A model generated the notes under the pieces. It worked only from the letters and a program-made list of their open reading frames with translations. It did no database searches and was not told the origin of the DNA. Of a stretch of 64,000 nucleotides of DNA, positions 40,321 to 51,511 are shown one piece after another (the stretch's first letter is position 1; each line of letters starts with the position of its first letter). The position numbers were made by a program, and so were the translations under genes. Origin of the DNA: Eledone cirrhosa (Eukaryota); the NCBI GenBank assembly GCA_964016885.1, contig OZ024744.1, positions 99,572,001-99,636,000 on the forward strand. The letters run 5' to 3'.

Positions 40321-40535
40321 ATGCATTCATACCATATATAGATCTATATGAGCCAACCCCCCCACCTCACCCCAATTCTATATCTGAGAAATAGACAAAA
40401 ATCCAAACCCTATTTATAAGCCAAGACAGCTAATGAACACATTATGGTGCTGTTTTGTAATTCTCATGAGTGGAGAAAATATTTACAAAGTTTTAATATT
40501 TTGATATTTAAAATGTTTTTAAGTGTCGTTTATAG

Positions 40536-41816
40536 CAGGCATGTCAAACTGGGGGTCTTCTGACGGCCACATGAGTCACATATGTGTTATCTGAGGGCCA
40601 CATGAGTCACATATGTGTTGTCTGAGAGCCACATGGGTCACATATGTGTTGTCTGACGGCCACATGGGTCACATATGTTTTGTCTGAGGGTCACATGTGT
40701 GTTGTCTGAGGGCCACATGGTTCACATATGTGTTGTCTAAGGGCCAGATAGGTTACATATGTGTTGTCTGAGGGCCACATGAGCCACGTATGTGTTGTTT
40801 GAGGGCCACATGGTTCACATATGTGTTGTCTGAAGGTCACATGGGTCACATATGAGTTGTCTGAGGGTCACATGAGTCACATATGTGTTGTCTGAGGGCC
40901 ACATGGTTCACATATGTGTTGTCTAAGGGCCAGATAGGTTACATATGTGTTGTCTGAGGGCCACATGAGCCACGTATGTGTTGTTTGAGGGCCACATGGG
41001 TCACAAATGTGTTGTCTGAAGGTCACATGAGTCACATATGTGTTGTCTGAGGGCCAGATGGGTCACATATGTGTTGTCTGGGTGTCACATGAGTCACATA
41101 TGTGTTGTCTGAGGACCACATGAGTCACATTTGTGTTGTCTGAAAGCCACATGGGTCACATTTGTGTTGTCTGAAGGCCACATGAGTCACATATGTTTTA
41201 TCTGAGAGCCACATGGGTCACAAATGTGTTGTCTGAGGGCCACATGGTGCACATAGGTGTTGTCTGAGGGCCAGATGGGTCACACATGTGTTGTCTGAGG
41301 GTCACATGGTTCACATATGTGTTGTCTGAGGGCCACGTGGGTCACATATGTGTTGTCTGAGGGTCAATGAGTCACATATGTGTTGTCTGAGGACCACATG
41401 GGTCACATATGTGTTGTCTGAGGGCCACATGGTTCACATATGTGTTGTCTAAGGGCCAGATAGGTCACACATGTGTTGTCTGAGGGCCACATGGGTCACA
41501 AATGTGTTGTCTGAGGGCCACATGAGTTACACATGTGTTGTCTGAGGGCCACATGAGTCACATATGTGTTGTCTGGGGGCCACATGAGTCACATATGTGT
41601 TGTCTGAGGACCACATGAGTCACATTTGTGTTGTCTGAAGGCCACATGGGTCACATATGTGTTGTCTGAGGGCAACACATGACAACTAATTGCGCACATT
41701 ACAACTAATTTTTTAAATTTTATATTACGGTCGCGCTGTAAAATCCTTTGTGCAAGCCGGAGGTGTGCTTGTAAAGGGCCGTATGTGGCTTGAGGGCCAT
41801 ATGTTACACATGCCTG
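40536..41816. mobile_element. hAT (Charlie-like) MITE with an expanded internal minisatellite
   Basis: TIRs CAGGCATGTCAAAC and GTTACACATGCCTG. The 8-bp flanks GTTTATAG and CTTTAGAG match at 6 of 8 positions. Confidence 0.75.
40558..41680. repeat. 31-bp minisatellite, ~36 copies
   Basis: Unit GGCCACATGAGTCACATATGTGTTGTCTGAG, with anchors at 40565, 40596 and 40627. Confidence 0.95.
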
Positions 41817-41923
41817 CTTTAGAGTATAGCTTTTGTTTCACAGATCCTCTATGTAATGAATTTAGAAGGGAGAGGAAGAGACTGCAAATGAGAGAGAGAC
41901 AGACGATAGGCTAGGCAAGAAAA

Positions 41924-41925
<2 letters not shown>

Positions 41926-41996
<71 letters not shown>

Positions 41997-42075
41997 GAGA
42001 GAGAGAGAGGGAGAGAGAGAGTGTGAGAGAGAGTGAGAGAGAGAGAGAGTGAGAGAGAGAGTGAGAGAAAGAGAA
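41926..42075. repeat. (GA)n microsatellite
   Basis: Read directly from the sequence. Confidence 0.97.
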
Positions 42076-42134
42076 ATAAAACAAAAGAAGATTGAATAAA
42101 AAGTATAATTATGTTAAGTCAGAGAGAAATAGAG

Positions 42135-42215
42135 TTTGTACTCTCAGTTGCTTAAGGCCACCGAAACTGGGATAAGTACCGGTCTGATGAGCTTCCGAGC
42201 TCAAGACTGACTTTA
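42135..42215 (+). mobile_element. Possible MetaSINE-like central-domain remnant
   Basis: CTCTCAGTTGCTT..GAAACTGGGATAAGTACCGGTCTGATGAGC..GCTC..GACTTT resembles the Meta domain as I recall it. Not verified. Confidence 0.35.
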
Positions 42216-42247
42216 GGCTCAGTGTTGTAAGGAAAATATTGAGCTAA

Positions 42248-42443
42248 ATAATAATTGTTTCTACTTTTGGCACAAGGCCAGCAATTACGCCAGTGCATTA
42301 CTGGTACTTTATTTTATCGACCCCCGTAAGGATGAAAGGCAAAGTTAACCCTGGTGGGATTTGAACTCAGACTGTAAAGGGCCGTAACTCTATGCTGCAA
42401 AGCATGGCGTCCGACCCTCTACCGATACTGTGAAACCACCGTC
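42248..42443 (-). mobile_element. SINE, same family as 30696-30881
   Basis: Direct sequence match to that copy. Confidence 0.88.
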
Positions 42444-42689
42444 ACACTGTCTATTTGGCATGTCAAAGGACTTTGATCCAGCCAATAGTGAGGATGTATT
42501 ATCAACAATTATCAGAAAATGGTTATTGTCCTTATTAATTTACAAAAATATTATCAAAGTCTTTTTGTGAGGATATGAGAATCCTCCTCCTTGTCATCAT
42601 CGCCATCATCATCATTCTCATCATCAACATACTCATCATCAACACCATCATCATTATCAACAGCATCATCACCATCAGTGTTTCATCGT

Positions 42690-44165
42690 GGCTCCAGTAC
42701 AACCACCTCACATAGTGGACTGAGTGATTTTGGTTGTGGCACCTACACTACCACCTTACAGAGTTGACTGGGGGCTTTTTGTTGTGGTACCAGCACAACC
42801 ACCTCACATAGTGGACTGAGTGCTTTTTGTTGTGTCACCAGCACAACCACCTTACAGAGTGGACTGGGGTGCTTTTTGTTGTGGTACCAGCACAACCACC
42901 TTACAGAGTTGACTGGGGTGCTTTTTGTTGTGGTACCAGCACAACCACCTTACAGAGTTGACTGGGGTGCTTTTTGTTGTGTCACCAGCACTACCACCTT
43001 ACAGAGTGGACTGGGGGCTTTTTGTTGGGGTACCAGCACAACCACCTTACAGAGTGGACTGGGGTGCTTTTTGTTGTGGTACCAGCACAACCACCTTACA
43101 GAGTTGACTGGGGTGCTTTTTGTTGTGGTACCAGCACAACCACCTTACAGAGTTGACTGGGGTGCTTTTTGTTGTGTCACCAGCACAACCACCTTACAGA
43201 GTTGACTGGGGTGCTTTTTGTTGTGGTACCAGCACAACCACCTTACAGAGTTGACTGGGGTGCTTTTTGTTGTGGTACCAGCACAACCACCTTACAGAGT
43301 TGACTGGGGTGCTTTTTGTTGTGTCACCAGCACTACCACCTTACAGAGTTGACTGGGGTGCTTTTTGTTGTGGTACCAGCACAACCACCTTACAGAGTGG
43401 ACTGGAGGCTTTTTGTTGGGGCACTAACACTACCACCTTACAGAGTGGACTGGGGGCTTTTTGTTGTAGTACCAGCACAACCACCTTACAGAGTGGACTG
43501 GGTGCTTTTTGTTGTGTCACCAGCACAACCACCTTATAGAGTGGACTGGGGGCTTTTTGTTGGGGCACTAAGACTACCACCTTACAGAGTGGACTGGGTG
43601 CTTTTTGTTGTGTCACCAGCACAACCACCTTACAGAGTGGACTGGGGGCTTTTTGTTGGGGCACTAACACTACCACCTTACAGAGTGGATAGGGGTGCTT
43701 TGTGTTGTGTCACCAGCACAACCACCTTACAGAGTGGACTGGGTGATTTTTGTTGTGGTACCAGCACAACCACCTTACAGAGTGGACAGGGGGCTTTTTG
43801 TTGGGGCACTAGCACAACCACGTTACAGGGTAGGCGGGGGGGGGGGGGGGCTTTTTGTTGCTGTGTCACCATTACAATCACCTTACAGAGTAGACTGGGG
43901 CTTTTTATTGTGGCACCAGCACTACCACCTTACCTAGTGGACTGGGAGCTTTTTGTTGTGGCACCAGCACTACCACCTTACCTAGTGGACTGGGAGCTTT
44001 TTGTTGTGGCACCAGCACTACCACCTTACCTAGTGGACTGAGAGCTTTTTGTTGTGACACCAGCACTACCACCTTACAGTTTTGACTGGGGGCTTTTTGT
44101 TGTGTCACCAGTACAGAGTAGACTGGGTACTTTTTGTTGCAGCACCAACACTAGCACCTTTTGGA
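42690..44165. repeat. 48-49-bp minisatellite, ~30 copies, derived from an RTE 3'-UTR sub-repeat
   Basis: Unit GCTTTTTGTTGTGGTACCAGCACAACCACCTTACAGAGTGGACTGGGGT, compared with 21262-21360 and the reverse complement of 18720-18800. Confidence 0.9.
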
Positions 44166-44404
44166 GCAGACAAGGTGCTTTTTTTTCTGGGAGTTAAAAA
44201 TAAAACATTCTCACAAACCAAAGTTAAGATACAAAGAATACCTTAACTTTAAATCTGATCTGGAAAAATTAAATATTCAAGTGAAAAACTGAGAATGAAA
44301 TGCAATTCATTGGGTATCACAGAGAAAAAAATGTATTCCTTGTGTACAAACATTTTTAAAAGAATTGCATTAAACACAAAATAAGATGGCGGAAAACACA
44401 AGTG

Positions 44405-44612
44405 TATTATTAACATCCTGTAATGATTTAGCAGAAAATATCTAAAAACAGGTTTGTTAATTCATATGTTTATAGTACTTTACTAGTGGACAGATTGTTG
44501 TGAATATTTGAAGTATTATCTCTTAACATCCTGTAATGATTTAGCAGAAAATATCTAAAAACAGGTTTGTTAATTCATATGTTTATAGTATCTTCATTAA
44601 CGAACAGATTAG
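44405..44612. repeat. Degenerate ~114-bp tandem units (continuing at 46722-46825 and 47279-47480) from the other end of the TTAA MITE
   Basis: TTAACATCCTGTAATGATTTAGCAGAAAATATCTAAAAACAGG occurs at 44410 and 44524, with variants near 46725, 47285 and 47399. Confidence 0.8.
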
Positions 44613-44949
44613 TATTAGTGAGAGCTGGACAACAGATGGTCTTCAGGGAAAAAAACCCAACCCCCTCAAGCCAGTGTTTTGGCCCTTAACTTCTTGCACT
44701 CTAAGGCAATCAGGTTGTACCCAGTCATGACTCCTGGGTATCCTTCTACTGAGATTTAGCCAATCGGATATCAGTGACTTTTTATGTATTTAAATCATAT
44801 GCAGATTTTGTTTGCAAGATCTAGATGGAACTCCTCTCCATTACCACTGATTTCAAACTTATTTAAAAGCTTTCTTGAGTTGGGAAAAATAACATCAGTA
44901 GCCACGATAGTGATGAAACATCAACAGTGTTGCTGCCGTCAACACTACC

Positions 44950-46721
44950 ACCAAGATTCATCACTTGGGGTTACTTTCCTGGGTGTACGTTAAAATACAA
45001 ATGTATTACCCTCATAGAGCACGGAGGTCGTTTTTGTTCCCCCTCAACTAGATCTAGCTGGAACTCTTTTCTGCTGCCTCTGCTAGTGTCTTTAGGGCTT
45101 TGGTCTTGTCTTCTCAGAGATTGAGAGTTGTTTCATGAGATTGTAGTTGGATTTACCTACAAACCATCTGGCTCCATGTACAATCTTCTTTAGCACTTGA
45201 TTGTGTCTCCATGTATGTCTTCCTACGGCTGGTGTTACTCTGCATGAGTTCAGAACGTGTTCCACTGTCTGTCTACCCTGGCAGAGTGGGCAGTCAGGAT
45301 TATCTGATTTACCCTATCATTAGGTTTGTATCTGGGGCTTCTATGACAACAAATTTGATCTGGAAGTGAACTTCTCCCAGGCTGTTGGCTAAGGTTAGGG
45401 TTAGGGCAGAGTGTGCACTCAGGGTTATCTGATTTACCCTATCATTAGGTTTGTATCTGGGGCCTGGAGTTCATAGACAGATCTGAGGATAAAGCTGATC
45501 CTAAGAGGTGCCATATACCACAAATTATTCCAGTTGATATTCCTCTAGAGTACACCTCTCTAAGTCATCCATTTCCTCTGTTAGCTCTGCTGTACTGTCT
45601 TCTAGATTTTTATAGCATCTTCTTTATTCACCTCCTGTAATATCAAATCTCTCCTCATCTTTCCCATTAGGCTCGGACCACTGTTCCATTTTTGTTATTC
45701 TCAGTCCTTACCTCTTGACCTGAGTGTGTCCCATTATATCTCTGATCATAAGTCTTTCCTTTGCTGCATCTACCGCCTTCTAGACTTTCCATTTTCTGCC
45801 TTGGGCCAGATAAACCTCACAACCTTGTCTTCCAAGTCCTCAAGCATGTTCAAGAGTCTTGCTTTTCTGACTTCGTATTCCCCTATGAAAGATTTGAGAG
45901 GTAGCAACAGCTTGGCCTGGTGACAGTAGAGTGCAATATTAATGAGATCTGGTAGGACACCAAACCACTTCCTTGTGTATTTGTTGATTTTGGCACCCAT
46001 GGACCTCACCATACTAGAACTGATATTGTATATACTAGAGGCCTGAAAAGGTTTGGAATCAACATGCACTGCAAACACCAAACCAGAGAGGCCACATTTT
46101 TCTATGACCCGCAGATCTTTTTCTACCATTTATCTGGTTTTGGTTACCCTCCATTTCATATATTTCAGGGTGTTTATGTACCACCTTCAGAGGTTTTTGA
46201 CTGGTTCCTCAGCCACTGTTGGCATAATTTGGTTGGCTACTGTAAACACCACTGATCCTGCTACTTTCCCCTTCTGCAGAGAGAGGCCCCAGGATTTCTT
46301 TGGTTTGTACCTCATTCTGGAAGGTGCAGCTACCTCACCCAACTGTCCCAGGAGCCTATGTATTTCATCCTCCTTTATGGCAAGGACTGTAATGTCGTCC
46401 ATGAAGGCTTTTAGAAGAGGCATTTAAAATCCATCTCTGAGCACTGTTGGATCTGACCAGCCCATTGTTGCCTTCAAGATCACCTCCATTGTGAACAGAA
46501 ACAGTATAGGAGAGATTACACAGCCCATTGCTATACCAACATCCACATTGATCCAGATTGTTGTGTACGCTTTGATGGAGAATTGCATAGAGAAACTATG
46601 AAAATACTTCTTCAGCACTTCTCGGATATTCTTTGGAACATAATACATCTCGAGAGCTATTTGGATCATATTGTTTGGGACCAGATGCTAGGTATTTTCC
46701 AGATCAAGTCACACTACATCT
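44950..46721 (-). mobile_element. Decayed Hero/NeSL-like RLE LINE fragment
   Basis: GIAMGCVISPILF and KAFMDDITV, plus the zinc knuckle CPLCQGRQTVEHVLNSC..TWRHNQVL at about 45195-45295. Confidence 0.8.
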
Positions 46722-46825
46722 TAGCCTGTAAAGATTTAGCAGAAAATATCTAAAAACAGGTTTGTAAATTCAAATATTTATAGTATCTTTACAAGTGGAC
46801 AGATTGTTGCAAAAATTTGTAGTAC

Positions 46826-47274
46826 TTTAGTGTGCTGCTAGACCCGGAGTTATTCACTTGACTAAATAGCACCGGAATCTAACTACTAAGTTTATAAAGG
46901 AAAGATAAGAGATTTTACTTAACACCATGTCGAGTGAGAGTTAATTTCTCAACACAAAGGTAATGATAAAAACGCAGGCAATATCTCAAAACGAGTATCA
47001 AATTTAAATCTTCATTTTATTGGTGCTTGATGTTACAATTGGGGTTAGTAAATATTCTTCTGCATATTAAGTATTCCGGGTCCATAGTGTGTGACTAGAG
47101 AGAAGATAACATGCTTGTGTCCTGTGTTGTCAATCCGAAAGGAAAGCGCCAAAAAATGAGAGAGCTTGATTGCGTTGCCGCTATTTATATCCTCTTTCCG
47201 GAAGTTACAAAGAGGGTTCTAGACTTTCGACGAGAAGTAACTCTAGCTACTTCCCTTGTCTAGAGAGCACTACA
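46826..47274 (-). mobile_element. Solo LTR (449 bp) with 4-bp TSD, Gypsy-like
   Basis: TSD GTAC at 46822-46825 and 47275-47278. The minus strand runs TGTAGTG...CACTAAA and contains TATAAATA and AATAAA. Removing it restores a ~114-bp repeat unit. Confidence 0.8.
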
Positions 47275-47391
47275 GTACTAAATCTTAACAACCTGTAATG
47301 ATTTAGTAGAAAATATCTAAAAACATGTTTGTTAATTCAAATGTTTATAGTATCTTTAGTGATGGACAGATTGTTGCAAACATTTGCAGTA

Positions 47392-47600
47392 TTAACTCTT
47401 GACATCCTATAAAAACTTTTCAGAAAATATCTAAAAACAAGTTTCTTTATTCAAATATTCATAGTATCTTATCTGGTGGACATTGTGAAAAAATTGTTAT
47501 ATTAGAGTAAAGACACATTTTTTATGCAATACAGTCATAGTATATTTGGATTTTTCAAGAATGTTTTGTTAATGCTATTTCATGTGGTAGAGTATGTTAA
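47392..47600. mobile_element. Single copy of the ~215-bp TTAA MITE, inverted relative to 13863-14080
   Basis: 47526-47600 aligns to the reverse complement of one 85-bp monomer. The right TIR is split at its internal TTAA by the next MITE and finishes at about 48004-48014. Confidence 0.75.
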
Positions 47601-48003
47601 CCCTTTAGCATTTAAACCCTGTCATATCCGGCCTGAATTCTCTCACCTCTTTCTCAAACCAGCTGTAACTGGCCACACTCTCTCTCTCTCCCCTCTCTCT
47701 CTCTCTCTCTCTCTCTCTTGCGCGCAACATGTATAAAATACATCCAGCCTAACCTGCATAAAATACTCCCCACCTCATCCTGGGTTTTTTTAAATTTATT
47801 TTCTCTTTACCATTTAAATTTTCTCACCTCTTTCTATTCAAACCAGCCATAACCAGCTGCTCATACCTTCATTAAGGTATTGTTCTCAAAATAAATAATA
47901 TTAAAATCTCATAGATACAATATTATGTGAGATAATTATGTGAGATAAAGCCTTTACCGAGAAAATACAATAGTAAATATAGAGTAATGTAAATGCTAAA
48001 GGT
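47601..48003 (+). mobile_element. piggyBac-type MITE
   Basis: TTAA|CCCTTTAGCATTTA ... TAAATGCTAAAGGT|TTGA. Confidence 0.8.
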
Positions 48004-48722
48004 TTGAGAATTAATAATCCTTTCAAATGTTCAGTTAGTGACGAAGCTTGTTTCTTTAAAGCTGGTCTTACTAGCCACTCAATAGATCACCAACTAAAAC
48101 AATATATACCTGACAACCAAATAACATTGTCTTTCTATTGGTTATCTAAAGAGACATATGTCTGTTCACAATGACAAATGTCTTGATATTGTATTGTACC
48201 CAGAAAAGACGTTTATGTTATAGCTGTAACATAAACTAGGTTAAAAAGTTGTTTTGCTTTATAGTTCGTTAACATCTAAACTATAAAAAGGGAGGAGCGT
48301 GGGCCTGAGTACGGTTTATAATGTTTTATCCCATTAGTAAAATAAGTTGCATTAGTTTGAATAAATAATGAATGAATATTACATAATTTATCTACTAAAT
48401 TTCGTGGCTGTTGATTAAATATATTTTGTTTATTTAAAGATTCACTTCTTTAAAATTTCTGAAATGTCAACACTTCCGGTTGGCCATCACTTAAATAAAC
48501 ATATTAATGTTCTGTCACTAATTTTCTCCTAATGTAGTTTATATATAATATCGTCTTTTTTTAATGTATCATGGATTATGTTACTGATTACATAAGACAC
48601 TATAACGTACTCTTCGTTCAATTTCTATGCATTATATATATTGTCAATTACGATTTTATTTGATGTATCATATCTACATGTATATATACTTGCGTATAAT
48701 ATCAATATACACACTACACATG

Positions 48723-48760
48723 CTAGCAGAAAACCACCCGAAGGGTGGTTTTTCTGCTAG
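48723..48760. other. Near-perfect 38-nt hairpin bounded by CTAG on both sides
   Basis: CTAGCAGAAAACCACCC GAA GGGTGGTTTTTCTGCTAG. Confidence 0.85.
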
Positions 48761-49264
48761 TGTAATTAATGTTCATAAAGGCCCAAAATTGTCCGTAACT
48801 CCAGAATGTACGGGGAGGGGGCTGGTTCAAAATTACGACCTAATCTTCAAGCACTTAAACTTGTATAAGCTCCTGAAGATTAAGCCACAATTTTGATACT
48901 CCGTAACATTCTGAAGATATGGACAATATTGGACTTTGATGCAACTGAGAAACCAAGCGAAAATCACTTCTATATGAGTGAAACATGGTCCTTTGACCTG
49001 GATCTCTCACAATGGGATAGCCCGTCAAAGAAAGAAGTTGGTGATAGGATGAGGTGGGTAAAAGGTCCAGTCTGGGGTGCAGGTATGGGGGTGGCATGGA
49101 TGTGTGTGTGTGTGTGTGTGTCTGTGTGTGTGTGTCGAAGGGAAGAATTTGTTTGATATGGATGGTTTCAGTCTCTGTATCCCAGAGTCTTATAATATGA
49201 AGTGTGCACACTGGTATGTGTGTGTGTTTGTCAGTAAGGTTATAGTTTTGTGAGTATGTGTGTG

Positions 49265-49555
49265 TTGGTGGTGGTGGTGGTGGTGGTGGTGGTGGTGGTG
49301 GTGGTGGTGGGGGCTTTTTCTGTAATTTCTAGATATGTGAGTGTGTCCGATTGCATGTGAGTGTGTATTATCATGTGTGTGTTGAACAAGTGTGTGTGTG
49401 AGAGTGTTTTAAGGTAGGTATACATTACATGTCCCTGGTGGTGGTGGTGGTGGTGGTGTAATTGTTGTTGTTGTTGTTGGTGGTGGTGATGGTGATGATG
49501 GTATTTGATGATTATGATGAGTGAGGTGGTGGTGGTGCTGGTGCTGGTGGAGGTG

Positions 49556-49587
<32 letters not shown>

Positions 49588-49597
49588 GGTGGTGTTG

Positions 49598-49629
<32 letters not shown>

Positions 49630-49815
49630 GGTGGTGGTGGTGGTGGTGGTGATGATGATGATGATGATTATGATGAGGATGGTGGTGGTGGTGGTGGTGG
49701 TGATGGAAGTGGTGGTGGGGATAATGACGATGATTATGATGAGGGTGTTGGTGTTGGTGGTGGTGGTGGTGGTGGTGGTTGTGTTGATACTGATAATGAT
49801 ATGATGATGATGACA

Positions 49816-49860
<45 letters not shown>

Positions 49861-49882
49861 GTGATGGTGATGATGATGATGG
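49265..49882. repeat. Compound (GGT)n/(GTT)n/(GAT)n microsatellites
   Basis: Read directly from the sequence. Confidence 0.97.
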
Positions 49883-50785
49883 TAAATAGAGTAAATGACC
49901 GAATGATTAAACTTAGACTTGTACTAAACAGAACAACTATGACAATTATATCTACCTACGCTCCTCAGTATGGACTTCCAGACATACAAAAAGACAGGTT
50001 CTATAAGTCCCTAAGGCTCATTATCTCTCAAAATAATTTTTCTACTTTTGGCACAAGGCCAGCAATTACCCAGTGTATTACTGGTACTTTATTTTATCGA
50101 CCCCGTAAGGATGAAAGGCAAAGTTAACCTCGGCGGGATTTGAACTGAGAATGGCAAGGGCCGTAACTCTATGCGTCAAAGCATGGCGTCCGTCCCTCTA
50201 CCGATACTGCCAATTCCCTAAACCTCTAGTATAGTACTACATAGAATAATACACAAATGTCAGGGAAGTACATGTGTGTATGTGTTAGTTGTAGTGTGTG
50301 TTATTTGGTACACTTAGATTATTTTGATACTGCACTTAGTATAAAATAAGCAATAGAACTGTTTTATATTCTTCTCAAATAATCCTTTAGATACCAACAT
50401 ACCTAAAACCAGCTCTGCTTCAGTGGTAAGATTATCAGTGATAAGTTAACCTCGGCGGGATTTGAACTCAGAATGGCAAGGGCCGTAACTCTATGCGTCA
50501 AAGCATGGCGTCCGTCCCTCTACCGATACTGGCAATTCACCGCCCTTAATGAAACTTCCTACTCATTGCAGGTGATTTCAACGGACATGTGGGACAACTC
50601 TACGATGGCTTTGATGGGATCCACGGGTGTTACGGATACGGTCCTAGAAACGAGGAAGGCTTCAGACTACTGGAATTCTGTGATGCCAATGACCTATCTA
50701 TCTGTAACACGAACTTCAGAAAACGATACAGCCACCTAATTACATATAGATCAGGTGACCACACCAGCCAAATTAATTTCATCGT
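49880..50785 (+). mobile_element. RTE APE-domain fragment split by SINE pieces
   Basis: VNRVNDRMIKLRL..TYAPQ (49880-50030) and GDFNGHVG..RNEEG..LLEFC..NTNF (50560-50780). SINE pieces of the 30696 family lie on the minus strand at 50032-50215 and 50443-50546. Confidence 0.88.
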
Positions 50786-51067
50786 GGTGGTGATAATGAT
50801 GGTGATGATGATGCATTTCAGCCTAGTTGTGCTGTTATCAAGAGCTATATTTATATCTGTAGACAGTAGACAGATTTCTGTTATCATGATTTCAACTTGC
50901 TGAAATTATCCTAAATATCCACTGAGAGATATGATAATTATAGTGACCTGCCTTTAAATAAATATCAATCTAGGTTATATAATAAATGATGGAGTAATAT
51001 ATGGACTCAATGATAACAATATAATAACCTTAACAAATTTTGGCCTAGATGTCTTGTTGTTACTTAA

Positions 51068-51298
51068 CCCTTTAGCATTTAAACCGTCTCTATCCAGTCA
51101 GAATTCTCTCACCTCTTTCTGATCAAACTGGCTGCAACCGTCTGTAACTGGCTGCTCATTCTGATGTTAAAGTATTGTTCTCAAAATAAATAACATCAAA
51201 ATCTCATAGATTCAATATTATGTGAGGTAATTATGTGAGATAAAGCCATTACATGAAAATACGATGGTAAATATAGAGTAAGGTAAATACTAAATGGG
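51068..51298 (+). mobile_element. piggyBac-type MITE, same family as 47601-48003
   Basis: Starts TTAA|CCCTTTAGCATTTA, has the same body, and has a decayed right TIR. Confidence 0.75.
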
Positions 51299-51511
51299 TA
51301 GATGTACAAAGATTAGTCAGTTGCAAGATATCCATGAAATCAAGTGTTAGTAATAAGATAAATGCACCCAATACACCCTGTAAAGTGGTTGGTGATAGGA
51401 AGAGTATCCAATCATGGAAAACCTGCCAAACAATGAATCGAGAAGATTCTTCAGTTGTGTCAAAGATATGACACCCTCCTTAGTGTTGGTGACACCAACC
51501 AATACGCCCAG

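Noticed and set aside
42160-42205. GAAAC...CTGATGAG as a type II hammerhead
   Set aside because: Helix II cannot pair beyond one base pair and helix I would be only CCGGT. It is better explained as a SINE central-domain remnant.
40558-44165. CRISPR-like appearance of the 31-bp and 49-bp arrays (and the 45-bp satellite)
   Set aside because: There are no unique spacers and no cas genes, and the context is eukaryotic transposable elements.
48893-49156. Possible host exon (87-aa ORF)
   Set aside because: No recognisable domain, it runs into (TG)n, and no partner exons are visible.
49409-49880. His/Gln-, Val- and Met-rich ORFs
   Set aside because: These are trinucleotide microsatellites with no splice or domain context.
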